DNA of 64,000 nucleotides from Balamuthia mandrillaris (GCA_031835245.2 JAVKOQ020000061.1:62001-126000), one strand, 5' to 3'; positions 1 to 14,099 are shown, counted from the stretch's first letter. Notes: generated by a model from the sequence alone, not told the origin. Translations and numbers: made by a program.

Positions 1-16
1 TGACAACGTTTCATAG

Positions 17-1160
17 GTATATTGGTGCCAATGTTCGTGCTATCGGTTGTGTTACAAAAGGCACTACCTTCGCTCTACACAGCGCCGAGCAACTATGCAA
101 CGGCTCCACTGCGACTAAGCCGTTTGAAAAGCTTTTGGTTGTTCTTTGCCTGTTCTGGCGCATATGCATCCCTGCAGCTTCTACTTTTAGGGTACGACAT
201 TCGTTTCTCTCTCTCTTTTTTCCTTCTATTACTTTTCCTTATCATTTTTTCTACGAACAAACAAGCACTCTGCCAGGTTACAAAACACCAAGTACAAGTT
301 ACAGGTCGCTAAGAATATTATGTTTCAAATTCGTTAACCAGATGAGTACTGGCATCGTGAGCGAGGTCAGCCGTTGGTTGAGTTGTGTAGTCTCCATGGC
401 GTTTTTCTTGCTTTGGAACTTTGGTCTCAAAACAACTTTCATTTCTTCAGGTTTAACTCTTCTTTCTTTTCTTTACTCTTCTGTAATGTAATGTTCTCAC
501 TATTGTGTGTGTTTTTCTTTTTAAAGGCGCTCTTGTGATGTACAACGCTTTAAAAAGATGGAGACGTGGCTCCCAAACCTTCTCCGAGATATTGGCCACC
601 GCGGTGCTTGTACTGGTAGCCATCTATCAAGTCGGCAGCAAAAATATTCTCCTTTCTCTCTTCAACTGGACGGCGATGCCTTTATTTCATCTCCTCACTG
701 CGAATGCCTACCGCTCTTTGCTTGCTCATTCTTCTACTATTCCTTCTGCCTTTGCTTTGGCTGTCCCTCTTCTGCAACAACGTTCTGGACAAGCACTTGT
801 GGACTACCAAGGCACCAAAAACTCTCATCTCTTCGCATGTGCGATGTTCTTTGAAACTGTTGTCACTGTGCTCTTTCGCATTTATCCTCTTCATTATCGC
901 TCCGTGCGTGCTGGAAGCAGGACCACCATCACCCTCTCGCTGCTATCTTTTAAGGAGTGGTGTAAGCACCTGTTACAAACGTATGGAAATGAGAGCCGTG
1001 CTTCCATGGAAGAGGAGGAAGCGGGAGGAGGAGAGGAGAACAATAGTATCACAAGCAGAAGAAAACTGCTGAGCAGGGCAAGAAGTTGCTTGGGCGCTGC
1101 TTTGGCGGTTTTTCATTTCGGCCTGTTGCAGTTTTACTTAACCAACGTGACAATGAGGTG

Positions 1161-1203
<43 letters not shown>

Positions 1204-1362
1204 TCTGATTTCGCTTCGTCTAACTTGATGTAAACAAACAAAAACAGATACGGACTGAAGACATCGTTGGCTGTGAGATGTCTCCACGAGTTGGAGTTGT
1301 TTGCCTTTCAACTCTGCCCAACGCTTATTAGCTTCTTTCGAAGAAGCCTCACACAAAAGTAA
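17..1362 (+). CDS. 3' part of a multi-exon polytopic membrane protein of unknown function (5' end outside window)
   Basis: Hydrophobic ORF segments (22-192, ~278-450, ~528-1157, 1248-1362) join in frame across GT-AG introns; ends ...RRSLTQK-TAA at 1360-1362. No family recognised with confidence. Confidence 0.5.
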
Positions 1363-1418
1363 GCCTTTTTTTCCCTTGCATTTCTTGCTTTCTTTGCACT
1401 GGTACTAGTCGTACAACA

Positions 1419-2121
1419 TCAGTTTGACGAAGAGGAAGAGGAAGAGGAAGAAGCAAGTTTGATGGCCTCTTCAAGAACATCGGAGGATGCGGTGGTCACC
1501 AACACGGCCAACGTGGCAAAGGTGCCCCAAGCTGCATGAGAGACCACCTTGCAGCAGCCCAGCTCCAGTATGTCATAGCCCAAGAGGCCGATGACCTCGT
1601 CCGTTTCCATAAAGACTGTATTCACGGGCTCTCCAAAGAACTAACGAAGCCAGCATGGGTTTTAAAGAAAGCGAAGAGTGAGAAACAGACAAAGAGAGAG
1701 AAGAGAGAAGCCAGAGAGGAAAGCATACGGGAACTCCTGAGGACGGGTCGATAAAGTCAGCCCAGTGCCCTTTCTCTTTCACATGCCGGCAAACCAGCTG
1801 AGCATGCTTGACAAACTATTGTGTTGCTTCCATGTTTAACAGGAGAATACAAAGAGAGAGAGAGAGAGAGAGAGAGAGAACCTTGGCGCTCAGTTTGTCT
1901 CTTTCTTCGGTGGTGTCGAAGGAATAGCCGCTCATGTCGTTGGCGGAGCGCTGCCAAACGGCGGCAAGCACCACCTCCGCCTCCCTGGGCAATTCCGATA
2001 CGGAGGGCCACAAGGGCTCGAGCTCCCGCCAAACCCGCCGGCCGCACCGATGGAGGTTCCATTCCATCTCCCATCCCTCCACCCAAAGCTGCTGCTTTTC
2101 TTTCTTCTTGCTCTTCTCCAT
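1419..2121 (-). CDS. MMADHC: Cobalamin trafficking protein CblD (MMADHC), 3 exons
   Basis: Motifs GHWADFIDPSSG, NTVFMETDE and LGYDILELGCCKVVSHAAWGT match the conserved CblD C-terminal domain; ATG at 2121, TGA at 1419-1421. Confidence 0.9.
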
Positions 2122-2512
2122 TTGCTGTCGACTTTGCTGCACTACTTCTGCAATATTTGCTCAGGTGAATATTTTGACGACAACAATGATGTCAGCAATG
2201 TCCGCACGAAATATGAAGTATTCTTGTGCACAAGGGATGCAGCGATGCTTCACGAATCTGTATGAGGGGTATCCTTTTATCATTTCCCGCCAAAATTTTT
2301 AGTTCGTTACACGAAAAAGAAATGAACGAAAAAAAAAACAATCCAAACCGTGAAGTCCACTCTTTCGATTCCACAAACAAAGAAGTAAAGAATTCGAGGG
2401 ACAAAGCACAGTGCTCGGCAGGTTTCAGCAACTGCTTTGGGTTTTTGTTTTAATTTTAAATTATTTTTTTTAAACTTTTAACCAACAACAAAAGTTGATC
2501 CCAAGCCACGCA

Positions 2513-4958
2513 ATGAGCTCTTCTACCCTGTTGACCCGCTCGTCCAGCAAGGAGTTTCACGCCCTGTCGACGCTGCTTTCGTCGTCCTCGTCTTCCTCCT
2601 CCGCTCAACAGAAGAAAAATGTGACGACGATGATGCTAACCCAAAGCGGAGGACACAGTCGCAAAGCCCTTGCCGACATGACCAACAAGGAGAACAGCAG
2701 CAACCTCTCCTCTTCTTCCGGCAAGATCGCTACTGCCACCAAGCACAGTGCCTCCAAACCCGCTCTGTCCTCCTCTTCTTCTCGCATCAAAGCTGCTCCT
2801 ACACAAAGCTCTCTTGCTGCTCGCAAAGCCACAACTACAACAACCACAGCAACCACACAAAAACCACAAAAACCAGTTCGTCTCGCCAAACGAACGGCTC
2901 GTAGCCAGCAACCTGCCTCTTCTCTTCAAAAGTCTTCTTCGTCATCTTCTGTTGCCGGTGTGGACGGAGCGCGCAGCAACAAGAAGAAAGCGACGACGAC
3001 CAAAGAGGCCAAACATGCACGTTCGGAGCTGAAGAGCTTGTTGGGCTCTTTGCGTCTTTCTAAAGTTTTGGGGAGCCACAAGGAACAACAGCAAAGGCAA
3101 AGGCAGCAACAAAGCCACGGAGACGATGATAATGATGACGACAAAGAAGAGGATGCAGGGCAGAAGAAGGCAACTACGACGATTATGACGAAGAAGAAGA
3201 GAAGCAGACAAAAGGAAGAAAAGGAAGCAACCAAAAGGAAGGCGCGTAAGAGCACTTCGTTGGGAAAGAAAGTCATTTTGAATGGTGATGAGGAGGAGGG
3301 GAGCGAGCAACAAGAGACGGAGGAGGAGGAGGAAGGGTCAAAAGCGTCATCTGCCTCTTCTTCCACTCGTTCCTCGATTCATGAAGATGAGGACATCATT
3401 GGAGCTCTTCTTGAGCGAAAGTACAATTCTCTTTCTTCGACCTCCTCTTCTTCGCGCTCTAGTTATGGCTCATATGAGTCTGAAGAAGATCAAGATGAGG
3501 AGGCGAAAGACAAAGAGGAAGAAGCAATGGATGTACATGTGGAAAGAAATGGAAGCAAGTTTTATGTGGATGTTCATCGTCGCCAACAACGACAACAACA
3601 AAAGAGTGACAGCAGTGATGCGCTTTTGAGAGACTTGTCAGAACTGGTCCGAGAATGTACCTTGGAGGAAAAGACTCAACCGATTCGACGGAACGAGAAA
3701 ATGGAAGAAGCAGAAACAAAGGCTGTTATTGTAATCGATGATGAAACGGAAGAAGAAAAGGAAGAAGAAGCAACAGAATTAAAAGTAAAAGAGGGTGAAG
3801 AGCTTGAAGAAGAAGAAAATGAGGAGGATGACGATGATTGTATTTTGGAGGGAGAGCATTGCATTGAAGGAACGGACGAAGAGGTGTTTCACTGCTTGAG
3901 ACACGTCGATGATATCATGGACTATCTCTTTGAACGAGAGGTAAGCTGCTTGCTGCATTCTCCTTTTGTTTATGTATCAGTAAGCCGTTATTCTAGAGAA
4001 CTAATTCAACATTCTGTGATAACACAAAAAGACGGTGAACCGGCCGAAGGCAAACTACATGGATCTTCAAAAGGACATTAACGCACGTATGCGTGGAGAG
4101 CTTATCGACTGGTATATAGCTTTCCTCTTCCCTTTTATCTATTTATTTTTTGTCACCTTCTTTTCATGTTATTTTTCTTACATTCTCCCTTTCTCGCTTT
4201 TCAAAAAAAAAACTCTTTCCTCTCACCTACACTCTAGGATGGTCAACGTCTGCCAGCAGTTAACCATTCTGCCAGAGACAACCTTTCTGGCGGTGCACCT
4301 CCTTGATACCTTCCTTAGCCGCAAGCAGGTGGCTCTCTCCAAGCTGCAGCTAGTGGGCGTGACCGCCCTCTTCATCGCCAGCAAGTTTGAGGACCAGGAC
4401 TGCCCCCTCGTGGACGACTGGGTCTACATCTCCGCCAACAGCTTCGCCAGGAAGGACCTTGTTCGCGCGGAGAAGGCCCTCCTTACCACCCTTGATTGGG
4501 ACCTGAGCTATCCTTCTCCTCTGGACTTTTTGAGGCGCTTCTCCAAAGCCGCCCGCAGCGACTCGAGAGTTCACTCCTTGGCCAAATATTTGGTGGAACT
4601 CTCTCTGCCGATCTATGCGATGCTGCAGTGGAGGCCCTCGCAGGTGGCGGCTGCTTCCGTTTATCTGGCACGAGCGATGACTCGTGCTTGTGATGGAGTG
4701 GAAGTGGAGGAGCCGTTATGGGTATGTTTTGTTTTCTTTTCTTTTTCTCTCTACTTTTTCTTATGGGTAAAGCAATAGCCTAAAAGACTGGTGCATCATT
4801 CCCGATGGACGGAAGAAGAGATACTTCCGTGCGTGCGTGTGATCAACACCTACTTGTTTCCGCCGTATATTAAGAAGTCTTGCTTCAACTCAATTCGCGC
4901 CAAGTACAACCAAGCCTACCTCTTTCGGGTGGCCAGCATTCCTCCTGTCATCTTATAG
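2513..4958 (+). CDS. B-type mitotic cyclin, multi-exon
   Basis: N-terminal destruction box RKALADMTN followed by KEN; cyclin box INARMRGELIDW, LQLVGVTALFIASKFED and YPSPLDFLRRFSKAA; stop TAG at 4956-4958. Confidence 0.9.
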
Positions 4959-5364
4959 TGTAATGCATTCTTTGGTTTTTTTCCTCATACCTTCTGGTTG
5001 TTTATAGGACAGAGAGGAGCAACCTTCTCTCTCCTATCCCGTTTCTCCTATTTCTAAAAGAGAGACACTGGAAAGAAAAGAGAGGAGATGAAAAAAAAAC
5101 ACAATGTAAGAACACCAACAAGATGATTTGGGGAATAGGGGTACACCCTAGGGTTTTGCAGGGTTTGGCTCCCAAGCTATCATCACAACAACCCCCTCTG
5201 GATAACATAGAAAGCGTCCCCAATTGGGGGTCGGCCAGAAGCCCCATCAGAATGCATGATGTCATTTCGGGGAATCCAAAATTCCCCCATTCGTTGACGG
5301 ATTTTTCAGAAAATCGGCCGATAAGCAAACGAGAAAAGACACACAACACTACAAAAAAAAAAAT

Positions 5365-5556
5365 ATGCCGAGAGCCTCCTCGTTGGCCGTCTCCTGCCTG
5401 GCGCCGAGGAAGCTTCTTCTTTTCGAGGGTCGTTCGGTTTCGGCTTCTTCTTCTTCTTCCTCTTCCGCTGTCATCATCGCCAACCGCTACGTTGTTGGTA
5501 CGGGTTTCTTCTGGGTTCAGCGACGGGATTTTAGGCTTGCTGCTGCTTCTCTTCAG
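5365..5556 (+). CDS. Putative alternative first exon of TrxR encoding a mitochondrial presequence
   Basis: 64 codons rich in R/S/L/A with only two acidic residues; ends CAG|GTAACT, a phase-0 donor compatible with the TrxR acceptor ending at 5962. Confidence 0.65.
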
Positions 5557-5764
5557 GTAACTTAGTGGAGCACTGGTTTTTTTTTTTATGTGATCACTCG
5601 CAGCAAATATTTAAAACACGACAACCACACAACAAGAACAACAACCACAACGAGATAAAGGATACTTAACCATAAAACAAACAAACATACAGAGACCTGC
5701 CACTGTGTTTTCTCCTACTTGTATTCAACGCTCCACCATTAGATCTTACAGTAATAGCAACAAC

Positions 5765-7218
<1,454 letters not shown>

Positions 7219-8005
7219 TCCGGCAACGGCGAGAGAGGGCTGCTCATCTCGCACCGTTATAGAGATGGAGGAGAGAAGAAAAAAAAGACCACCGATACCT
7301 TTATTTGTAAAGTCCTTAAACAGAATGAAAAGGAAGGAATGAAAGGGAAAGAAAAAGTAAACACACTCTTCTTTGTTCATTTCGCCATCAGGAAGGAGGA
7401 GGAGGTTGGAGGGCTGCCGAAAAGATAAAATGTTCAGTTTTTTCGCAATCTCCGCCTAAAGCTCGATGATGAAATATTTATCACGGAACGTGGAAAAAGT
7501 TGAAAAGGTGGGCATTTGAGGAGTTTTAATCTATTTTCGACCTAATTTGGAAAAATAATCGTAGAACTCCGCCAAGGTAGCTGTGTATCGTCCAATGGGA
7601 TCACCTCCTTTCTCGTTAACTCCGTATTTTAGGCGGGTAATATAACCTTTTCGTTCATCCTTAAAATTTTCTCTCTTTCCTCCGCTTTTTTTCCCTTATG
7701 TTTTTCTCTCTTGTTTTCTTTCTTTCTTTTTCGCAAAGCTTTTTTTGCTGCACACGCACACACACTTTTCTTTCCCCCCTATTTTTCACTGTACACTTGG
7801 AGTAGTAGCGGCGTGACTTTCTTGTCATCTCTCCCACTGCTACCCTTTTTTTTTTCACACACACACACACCACAAAAGTTCAGATTTTCAAACCTGCACA
7901 CACATTAAAAAAAAAATCCGGTCCCACTCTCAACAGCGGAACAGCGAATTTTTTTTTTGTTGCGGTTTGATTTTTTGATTTTTTTTGACAAACACTTTGT
8001 AGGAA

Positions 8006-8074
8006 ATTACAGTCCCACTCGCGTTCTTCATCCGAGAAGCATTCCTTTACCAGGCTCGGTTCTTACCACCGTAG
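8006..8074 (+). promoter_or_regulatory. Candidate non-AUG (ATT) upstream ORF ITVPLAFFIREAFLYQARFLPP* in the ODC leader
   Basis: GAA-ATT start context, 22 sense codons ending CCA CCG TAG; lies in an ATG-free stretch of about 600 nt upstream of the ODC ATG. Confidence 0.35.
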
Positions 8075-8306
8075 CCTTTGCTTCACACACAAATCTTTTA
8101 TTTTTACAAAGCGAAAAAAGTTTTTTTTTTGGTTTCGTCTTTTTGGAAGGATAACAAAAAGGACGAAACTTTTCTGTTTGAAACTGGAATCGACAAAAGA
8201 CAGCTTCTACCTCAACGTGATCGATTTTTTCATCTGACACCCCCCACGCTACCCCTGTTTCATTTCCCCCCAACAAACAAATCAATCTACTACTTTCCAA
8301 AACAAA

Positions 8307-10583
8307 ATGATGGACTGCGAACGTGTTGTGGAAGTGAACGACATGCTCTTGCAGCAGGAGGAGACGTTGAAGAGAAGGATGAGTGAGGTGGTGGAGGAGG
8401 AGGAGTACGGCGGCTACGGTCGTGTGGATTCTTCTCCGCTGTGCTGCGAGGGCTGCACCTGCGACGACTCGGATGGCGGCAGCAGCAGCGGCGGGGAAGA
8501 GCAGACCGTAGCGAGTGGGCTTCGTCTGGTGTTTAGGTAAGCTTTAAAGTTTAAAAACACATCTCTCCCCTCTTCCTTTACTTGCTACTACCCACACCAT
8601 TCGGAGCCCCCCTTTTTTTAAGATGATGGCGCGGAAAGATGTGAGAGCAGAGAAAGAGAGTTTTCTTCCTTTAAAATTTTTCCCAATTGATTGAAGGAGG
8701 GAAGGGAAGAAAGCAGAGAAAGGAGAAAGGATAAGCAGTTGAAGCGCTTTCTTCTTGTGGTGTTGCCGGAGGATGGATGAACTGCAGTCATCCATCCTCT
8801 TCCACCCACTCGCACGCATCTTCTTTGAAGAAAGCCAACATATAAAATTTTTGTGGGGGGAAGGAAGGAGCAAAAACTGAACACCAACACAACTTTTCTG
8901 ACGACCCGCTGTGGACGAACTTCTTCTCACCGCCTTTCTCTTCCTCTCTCCCCCCTCTTGTTGGACAATCAGCGATGTGGAAGGTGGCATCAAGGCCGTG
9001 GTGGTGGACAATATCCCCGAGGAGGAGGCTGCCTCCGACAAGAAGAAAAAGACGAGGAGAAAGCCAAAGTGCCTGTCCGAGAAGCAGAAGCAGAAGAGGA
9101 GGGAGAGGAAGAAGGCCTACAAGAAGAGGAGCAAGGACCAGATCCGCCGCAAGCGCTCCCGCACCCTCTCCGCTGCCGGCGTCTCCCTCTGCGTCGAGGT
9201 AGAGGAGGTTGCCCCCGTTCACGAGCCCCAGGGAGAGAGCGAGTACGCCTCTCTGAGGGAGAAGGTGCTCGTGGCTAACGCTGGCCACGTCCCTATCTCC
9301 CGCGTGGACGTCAGCACTAAAGTGGAAGATCTTCTCTCCGCCGAGTTGGCCAAGGGACGAAGCACCGCATTCTACGTCACTGACTTGACCAACCCTATCG
9401 AGAAATATCTTCAATGGAAGCGTGTCTTGCCACGAGTGCATCCCTTCTACGGTTTGTTTTCTATTAGTCTCTAATTCTCTCTCTTGGTGTCTTACGAAGA
9501 CTTGTTTGTATTTTAGCTGTGAAGTGCAACCCCGATCCCGTCATCGTTCGTTCCTTGGTGACCTGCGGAACGGGTCTCGACTGTGCCAGTCAGGCTGAGA
9601 TGCAACTGGCCCTGGAGCTGGGCTTGGCGCCGGAGAACATCATCTTTGCCCACCCCTGCAAGAACCCCGTCCACCTCCAGTTCGCCAAGGAGAATGGGAT
9701 CCGCATGATGACCTTCGACAATGCCTCTGAGCTTATCAAGATTCACAAGCTCTACCCCGAGGCCGAGTTGGTCCTCCGCATCCTTTCTGATGACTCTCAC
9801 TCCATCATGCGCTTTGGCAGTAAGTTTGGAGCTAGCTTGGAGGACGAGGTGCCCGAGCTCCTCACCTTGGCCAGAAAGTTGGACCTCAACGTCATCGGTA
9901 TCAGCTTCCACGTGGGCAGCGGCTGCCTCTGCGCTGAGGGCTTCATCAACAGCTTGATGATGGCTCGCACCGCGTTTGACATTGCAAAGGAGCAGGCCGG
10001 TTATGACTTTACCCTCTTGGACATTGGAGGCGGCTGGCCTGGCGTCGACACCGAGGAGCTGCGCTTCTCGGACATGGCTGAAGTTATTCGGCCAGTCATC
10101 GACGAGCACTTTGGCCCCCATGTCAGAGTGATCGCTGAGCCTGGACGTTACTTTGCCAGCGACACAGTCACTTTGGCTGCCAACATTGTCTCCCGCAGGG
10201 AGAGAGTTTTCCAGGGCAAGAGGCAAATCCACTACTACCTCAGCGATGGCGTCTATGGCTCCTTCAACAACATCATCTTTGATCACGCCAAGCCCACTCC
10301 CGCCGCTCTCCGCCGCTCCCAGTCTGTGGATACCATTGCAGAGATGGAGAAGCAGAAACGAAAGGAAGAGCAGGAGGAGGAAGAGGTGCGAGAGGAGATG
10401 CACTGCTCCACCTTGTTTGGCCCAACCTGCGACTCGTTGGATATTATTTGCAAGGATGTGGACTTGCCCTTCCTCGAGACCGGGGACTGGCTGTACTTTG
10501 TGGCAATGGGGGCCTACACCAGCTCCGCCGCTAGCTCCTTCAACGGCTTTTGCCCTCCCACCAGCACCTACATCATCACATAA
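8307..10583 (+). CDS. ODC1: Ornithine decarboxylase (fold-type III PLP enzyme) with acidic/basic N-terminal extension, 3 exons
   Basis: PFYAVKCNPD (PLP Lys), FDNASEL, SFHVGSG, LDIGGG, IAEPGRY, GPTCDSLD (catalytic Cys) and MGAYT; exons ~8307-8536, 8973-9451, 9517-10583. Exon 1 assignment is less certain. Confidence 0.95.
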
Positions 10584-10788
10584 ATGTGCCCAACCACTGT
10601 TGCTACTTCTGAACAAAAATAATATTTTACAAAAGTTAAAGCCAAACCAACTTTCTTTCTTGTCTCTTGTTTGTTTCTCTTTCTTTCTTTTCCCTCGCAT
10701 TATTTATTTATTTTTTCAATTTTTTTATTGAGACTTTTTTCGTATGGGAAATAACTATCAGTGAGGAAATCCAAAACAGCTACAACGA

Positions 10789-10870
10789 GACAATGTGGCC
10801 GAGTGGTTAAGGCGACGCACTGCTAATGCGTTGGGCTCTGCCCGCGCAGGTTCGAATCCTGCCATTGTCG
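10789..10870 (+). tRNA. tRNA-Ser(GCT)
   Basis: Acceptor GACAATG/CATTGTC, D-arm TGGCCGAGTGGTTAAGGC, anticodon stem ACGCA-CTGCTAA-TGCGT, long variable arm GGGCTCTGCCC, T-loop GGTTCGAATCC, downstream T-runs. Confidence 0.97.
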
Positions 10871-11033
10871 ACATAACTTTTTGAGCTTTTTATTGTGTGT
10901 CTCCTCGCAATCTCTCATCTTTTGGTACAGTATGTCATTTTTTTTTGGGGATGGACGAGCACACAAGGAATGCCTTTTTGCCACTGTTTTCGTTTTTTTG
11001 TTAACAATCCACACCCCTCCAGCTGCAGAGGAT

Positions 11034-13213
11034 CTACTCCAGGTCAGCAGGAGTAACGCCTTTCTCAGCCAACTCCGCCTTCACACGCTGCAAATACGTC
11101 TCGTCAGGATAGCCAAAGCTTGCAGGACCGCCACTCGCTGAGGTCTTATGATGAATGCCATTCCAAGTGACCTGATTCTGTCGGCCGGTCGTCACCGACG
11201 TGCCTATACGGAACAGCAATCGTCTCTCCCAGGCCACCTCCAACAACCCCAAAATCTCGTTGCCCTCCTCGTTGTCCGGCAAAAAGGCTTGTCTCCCTGT
11301 ACCGTTGTAGCTATGCCCTGGGTTGGGATGTTCCTCCGTTTGAACGCCGCTGGGAAACTTATAGGTGATTTCTATAACGCCGTCCCCTTCGTAGCCTGGC
11401 AGGGAGTAGTCGTTCCTTCTGCGGACTTTCATGGTGCCAGGTGGCATGGTCCCAACTCTTATGCCATATAAACTGCTGCACATTGGACATTGCAAGAAAC
11501 CTTTTCGTGATGCATTTTTTAAGAGGATCAGTTATTACTCGGTTAAGACAGCACAGAAAGGAAACAAAAAAGATGAGAAAGAAATTTTACCTTGAGTATA
11601 GCAATGCACAATGCAATTGGCATGAAAGTAATGAGGACCGCATTTTGAGAGTTGGACAGGCGCTTGAAGAGACATCTCTCCCTCTTCATCCTCTTCCTCA
11701 TCCTCTTCCTCTTTTTCTGCTTCTTCTTTTTTTACATCCTCTTTTTGTTGTAGCTCGAATTCACAAAAGCAAATGGGACAAACAGGTGCTTCCTCTTCTC
11801 CTTCCTTTACCAGTAGTTCCCTGCTTACTTTCTTCCATCCTGTTAACCGTCTAACTTCTTCCACAATATCTAAACAAGAAAAAGTAAGAGATTAGAAAGA
11901 AAGAAAGAGCTGAAGAAAGGAGCCATACCTTGTTGTGCCTGTGGAAAGGCATCTTCTTCTGGTTTTGTTTCCCCCTTCTCTTCTTCATCTTCCTCCCTCC
12001 GTCTCTTATTCTTTCTGTCTTTCCTCTTCTTCTCTTTCGAAGAAGGAGACTTTGGCCATTTGCTCAACGGCGGAGTTCGTCTGATAGCAAACGTCTTTCC
12101 GGTATCGCCATCGGTAAGCGTAAAATTGCGAAGGTCCACCTGAAACCCGTTCTTTGGGGTGGTGTTTGTAGAAGACGAGGCATCACCAAACGAGCCATTG
12201 CGAATGGTGAAGGCCCAAGTACCAGAGGAAGCATAGCCTTCCAGAAAGCGACTCATGATGTTGTCGCATTGGACCCACTTCTCTTTTTTCTCTTTTTCTC
12301 CTCCTCCTCCTCCTCCATCACTCTTTGTGGCTTGTTCTTCCTCGTCTTGTTCTGCTTTGACTTCCCAAATGGCTCTTTCTTGAGTGTCACTTTGTGTTTG
12401 TCCAAAAGCAGAATAAGAAGAAGACGAAGAAGAAGAGGAAGACGGCAGAAAAGTCGAAGAAAAAGAAGAAGGAGCAAAGGAAAACGAAGAAGAAGAAGAA
12501 GAAGAAGAAGCGCGGACGCGACGAATAGAGCGATGAAAGCCGGTGGCCACTCGGGTCTGAACCATGGTTGCAAAGTCGATGGTGTAGCCGCCCATCTGGC
12601 CATACATATCGTGAGTGAGGAGCAGCGTGGCGTTGCTCGTCCCGCTGCTTCGGCTGCTGTCGTACGCCTGGTAGTGCGTCTCTATGAGGTCGCTGGTCTT
12701 TTGGTCGTAGTGGTTCCAGCCCGAGTTGTCCTTCCATTGCCACACGTGCTGCGAGGAACTCGTTGGCAATGTTGTCCCAACGCTTTTGCTCTTCTGCTTC
12801 TCCTTCTTGTGTTTCTTGCGATGTTTGTCCGTCTTGTGGTTCTCCTCTTTCTTCTTCTTGTCGTTGTGTCGACGGCTGGAGCTGCTGCTCCTTCTTCTGC
12901 TCTTTTTTGTGAGGTTTGGTTCATCAGCAGTAGTACCCAAGTCTCCACGTTTCCTTTTCTTGTTCCTCACCTTCTTTTTCTCCTCCTTCTCCCTCTGTCT
13001 CTTCTTCTTCTCTTTCTCCTCCTCAGCTTTCGCTCTGTTGTCATCTTTGTCTGCTGACTTTTTTCTGCGAGATCGATGTTGACGGGCCTTCCTCCTCTGA
13101 GCATCGTTTTCCTCCTCTTCCACCGCTTTCTTCTTCTTCTCCTTGCTCTCCAGCCTTGCTGAGCGTCGTCTGCCCCGTGAGGACGTCTCCTCCATTCCTG
13201 TCCCCTCGCTCAT
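11034..13213 (-). CDS. Deltex-like E3 ubiquitin ligase (WWE domains, RING-H2, DTC domain)
   Basis: WWE-like WQWKDNSGWNHYD...YTIDFATMVQ; RING CPICFCEF...CGPHYFHANC...CPMC; DTC domain G.Q.EEHPNPG, AFLPDNEEGNEIL.LL.VAWERRLLFRIGTS.TTG, WNGIHHKT, GYPDETYL. Confidence 0.9.
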
Positions 13214-13598
13214 CCCAGATTACTCCTGCTACAGATTTTTATTTTTATTTAATCAAAAAATAAAATAAAAATCTCAAAAAAAAAGTGGAAAAAGAGGTCG
13301 AGGAACAAGGAAAAAAAAAAAAATAAGATGAAGGATGATCAAAGAGAAGAAGGAAGGAATCTTCTTGCTTGATTTTGGTTTATTTTTTTTTGTTCAATAA
13401 CTAATAATTATTTTCTTGGAAAAAATTGTAAGCTTGTCGACATCAGAATAACCAACCAAAATTCAAACATCCGAATTTACATTCCAAACATTCCTCACAT
13501 ATCAATCTTCGATCATCTTTGTCGACACATATTATGCCCAAACGAAATTCAAACAAATAACCAGAATAAACAGAAAAGAAAGAAGCAAAGAACCGAAG

Positions 13599-14053
13599 AT
13601 GGAAGACACGCCGACGAAGAAGGATAAGGGCAAGGACAAGGTGGAGCCTTCCACCTTGTCTGAGCAAAGAAGCGCAGAAGAGGCAGCGAAGCAAAACAAC
13701 ACGTTGGAAGGAGAGGAACGAGACGCTGCCTCTACTACCGTTGCGGCCAAGCCTTTCCTCCCACGAAAACAAGCAGAGAGACCAAGCTCGGTCACAGATG
13801 GCTCTGCCACAACGACGCTTAAAGTTTCTCTCTCTCTCTCGTTAATTCTTTTCCTTTGTGTGATCCTTACCCTCTCCAAAAATAAAAAAGGAACAAACGC
13901 AAAAACATCTGCAGCTTGTGGATAGCACCAGAGAACTGTTCACCAACACTGCGGAGTACTTGCAAGGAGAACTTTTAGGTTTCTCTTTCTTTCTTTCTCT
14001 CTCCCTATCTCTCTCTCCCTCTCCCTCTCCCTCTCCCTCTCCCTCTTCCTCTC

Positions 14054-14099
<46 letters not shown>

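Noticed and set aside
820..1362. CAAX-protease (CPBP/Abi) identity for the first membrane protein
   Set aside because: Only vague resemblance (FE...LFR, late His); the diagnostic EExxxR and FxxxH motifs are not clearly present.
5135..5170. Telomere-like TAGGG/CCCTA motifs and a small hairpin
   Set aside because: Only isolated copies; no array or supporting structure.
8307..8990. Antizyme-like ORF1 or antizyme-inhibitor identity for the ODC locus
   Set aside because: No UCC-UGA shift site, exons join in frame, and both the PLP lysine and catalytic cysteine are intact, favouring an active ODC.
9513..10700. Long antisense ORFs opposite ODC (and similar ones opposite other GC3-rich genes)
   Set aside because: Expected shadow ORFs from biased codon usage; no recognisable domains.
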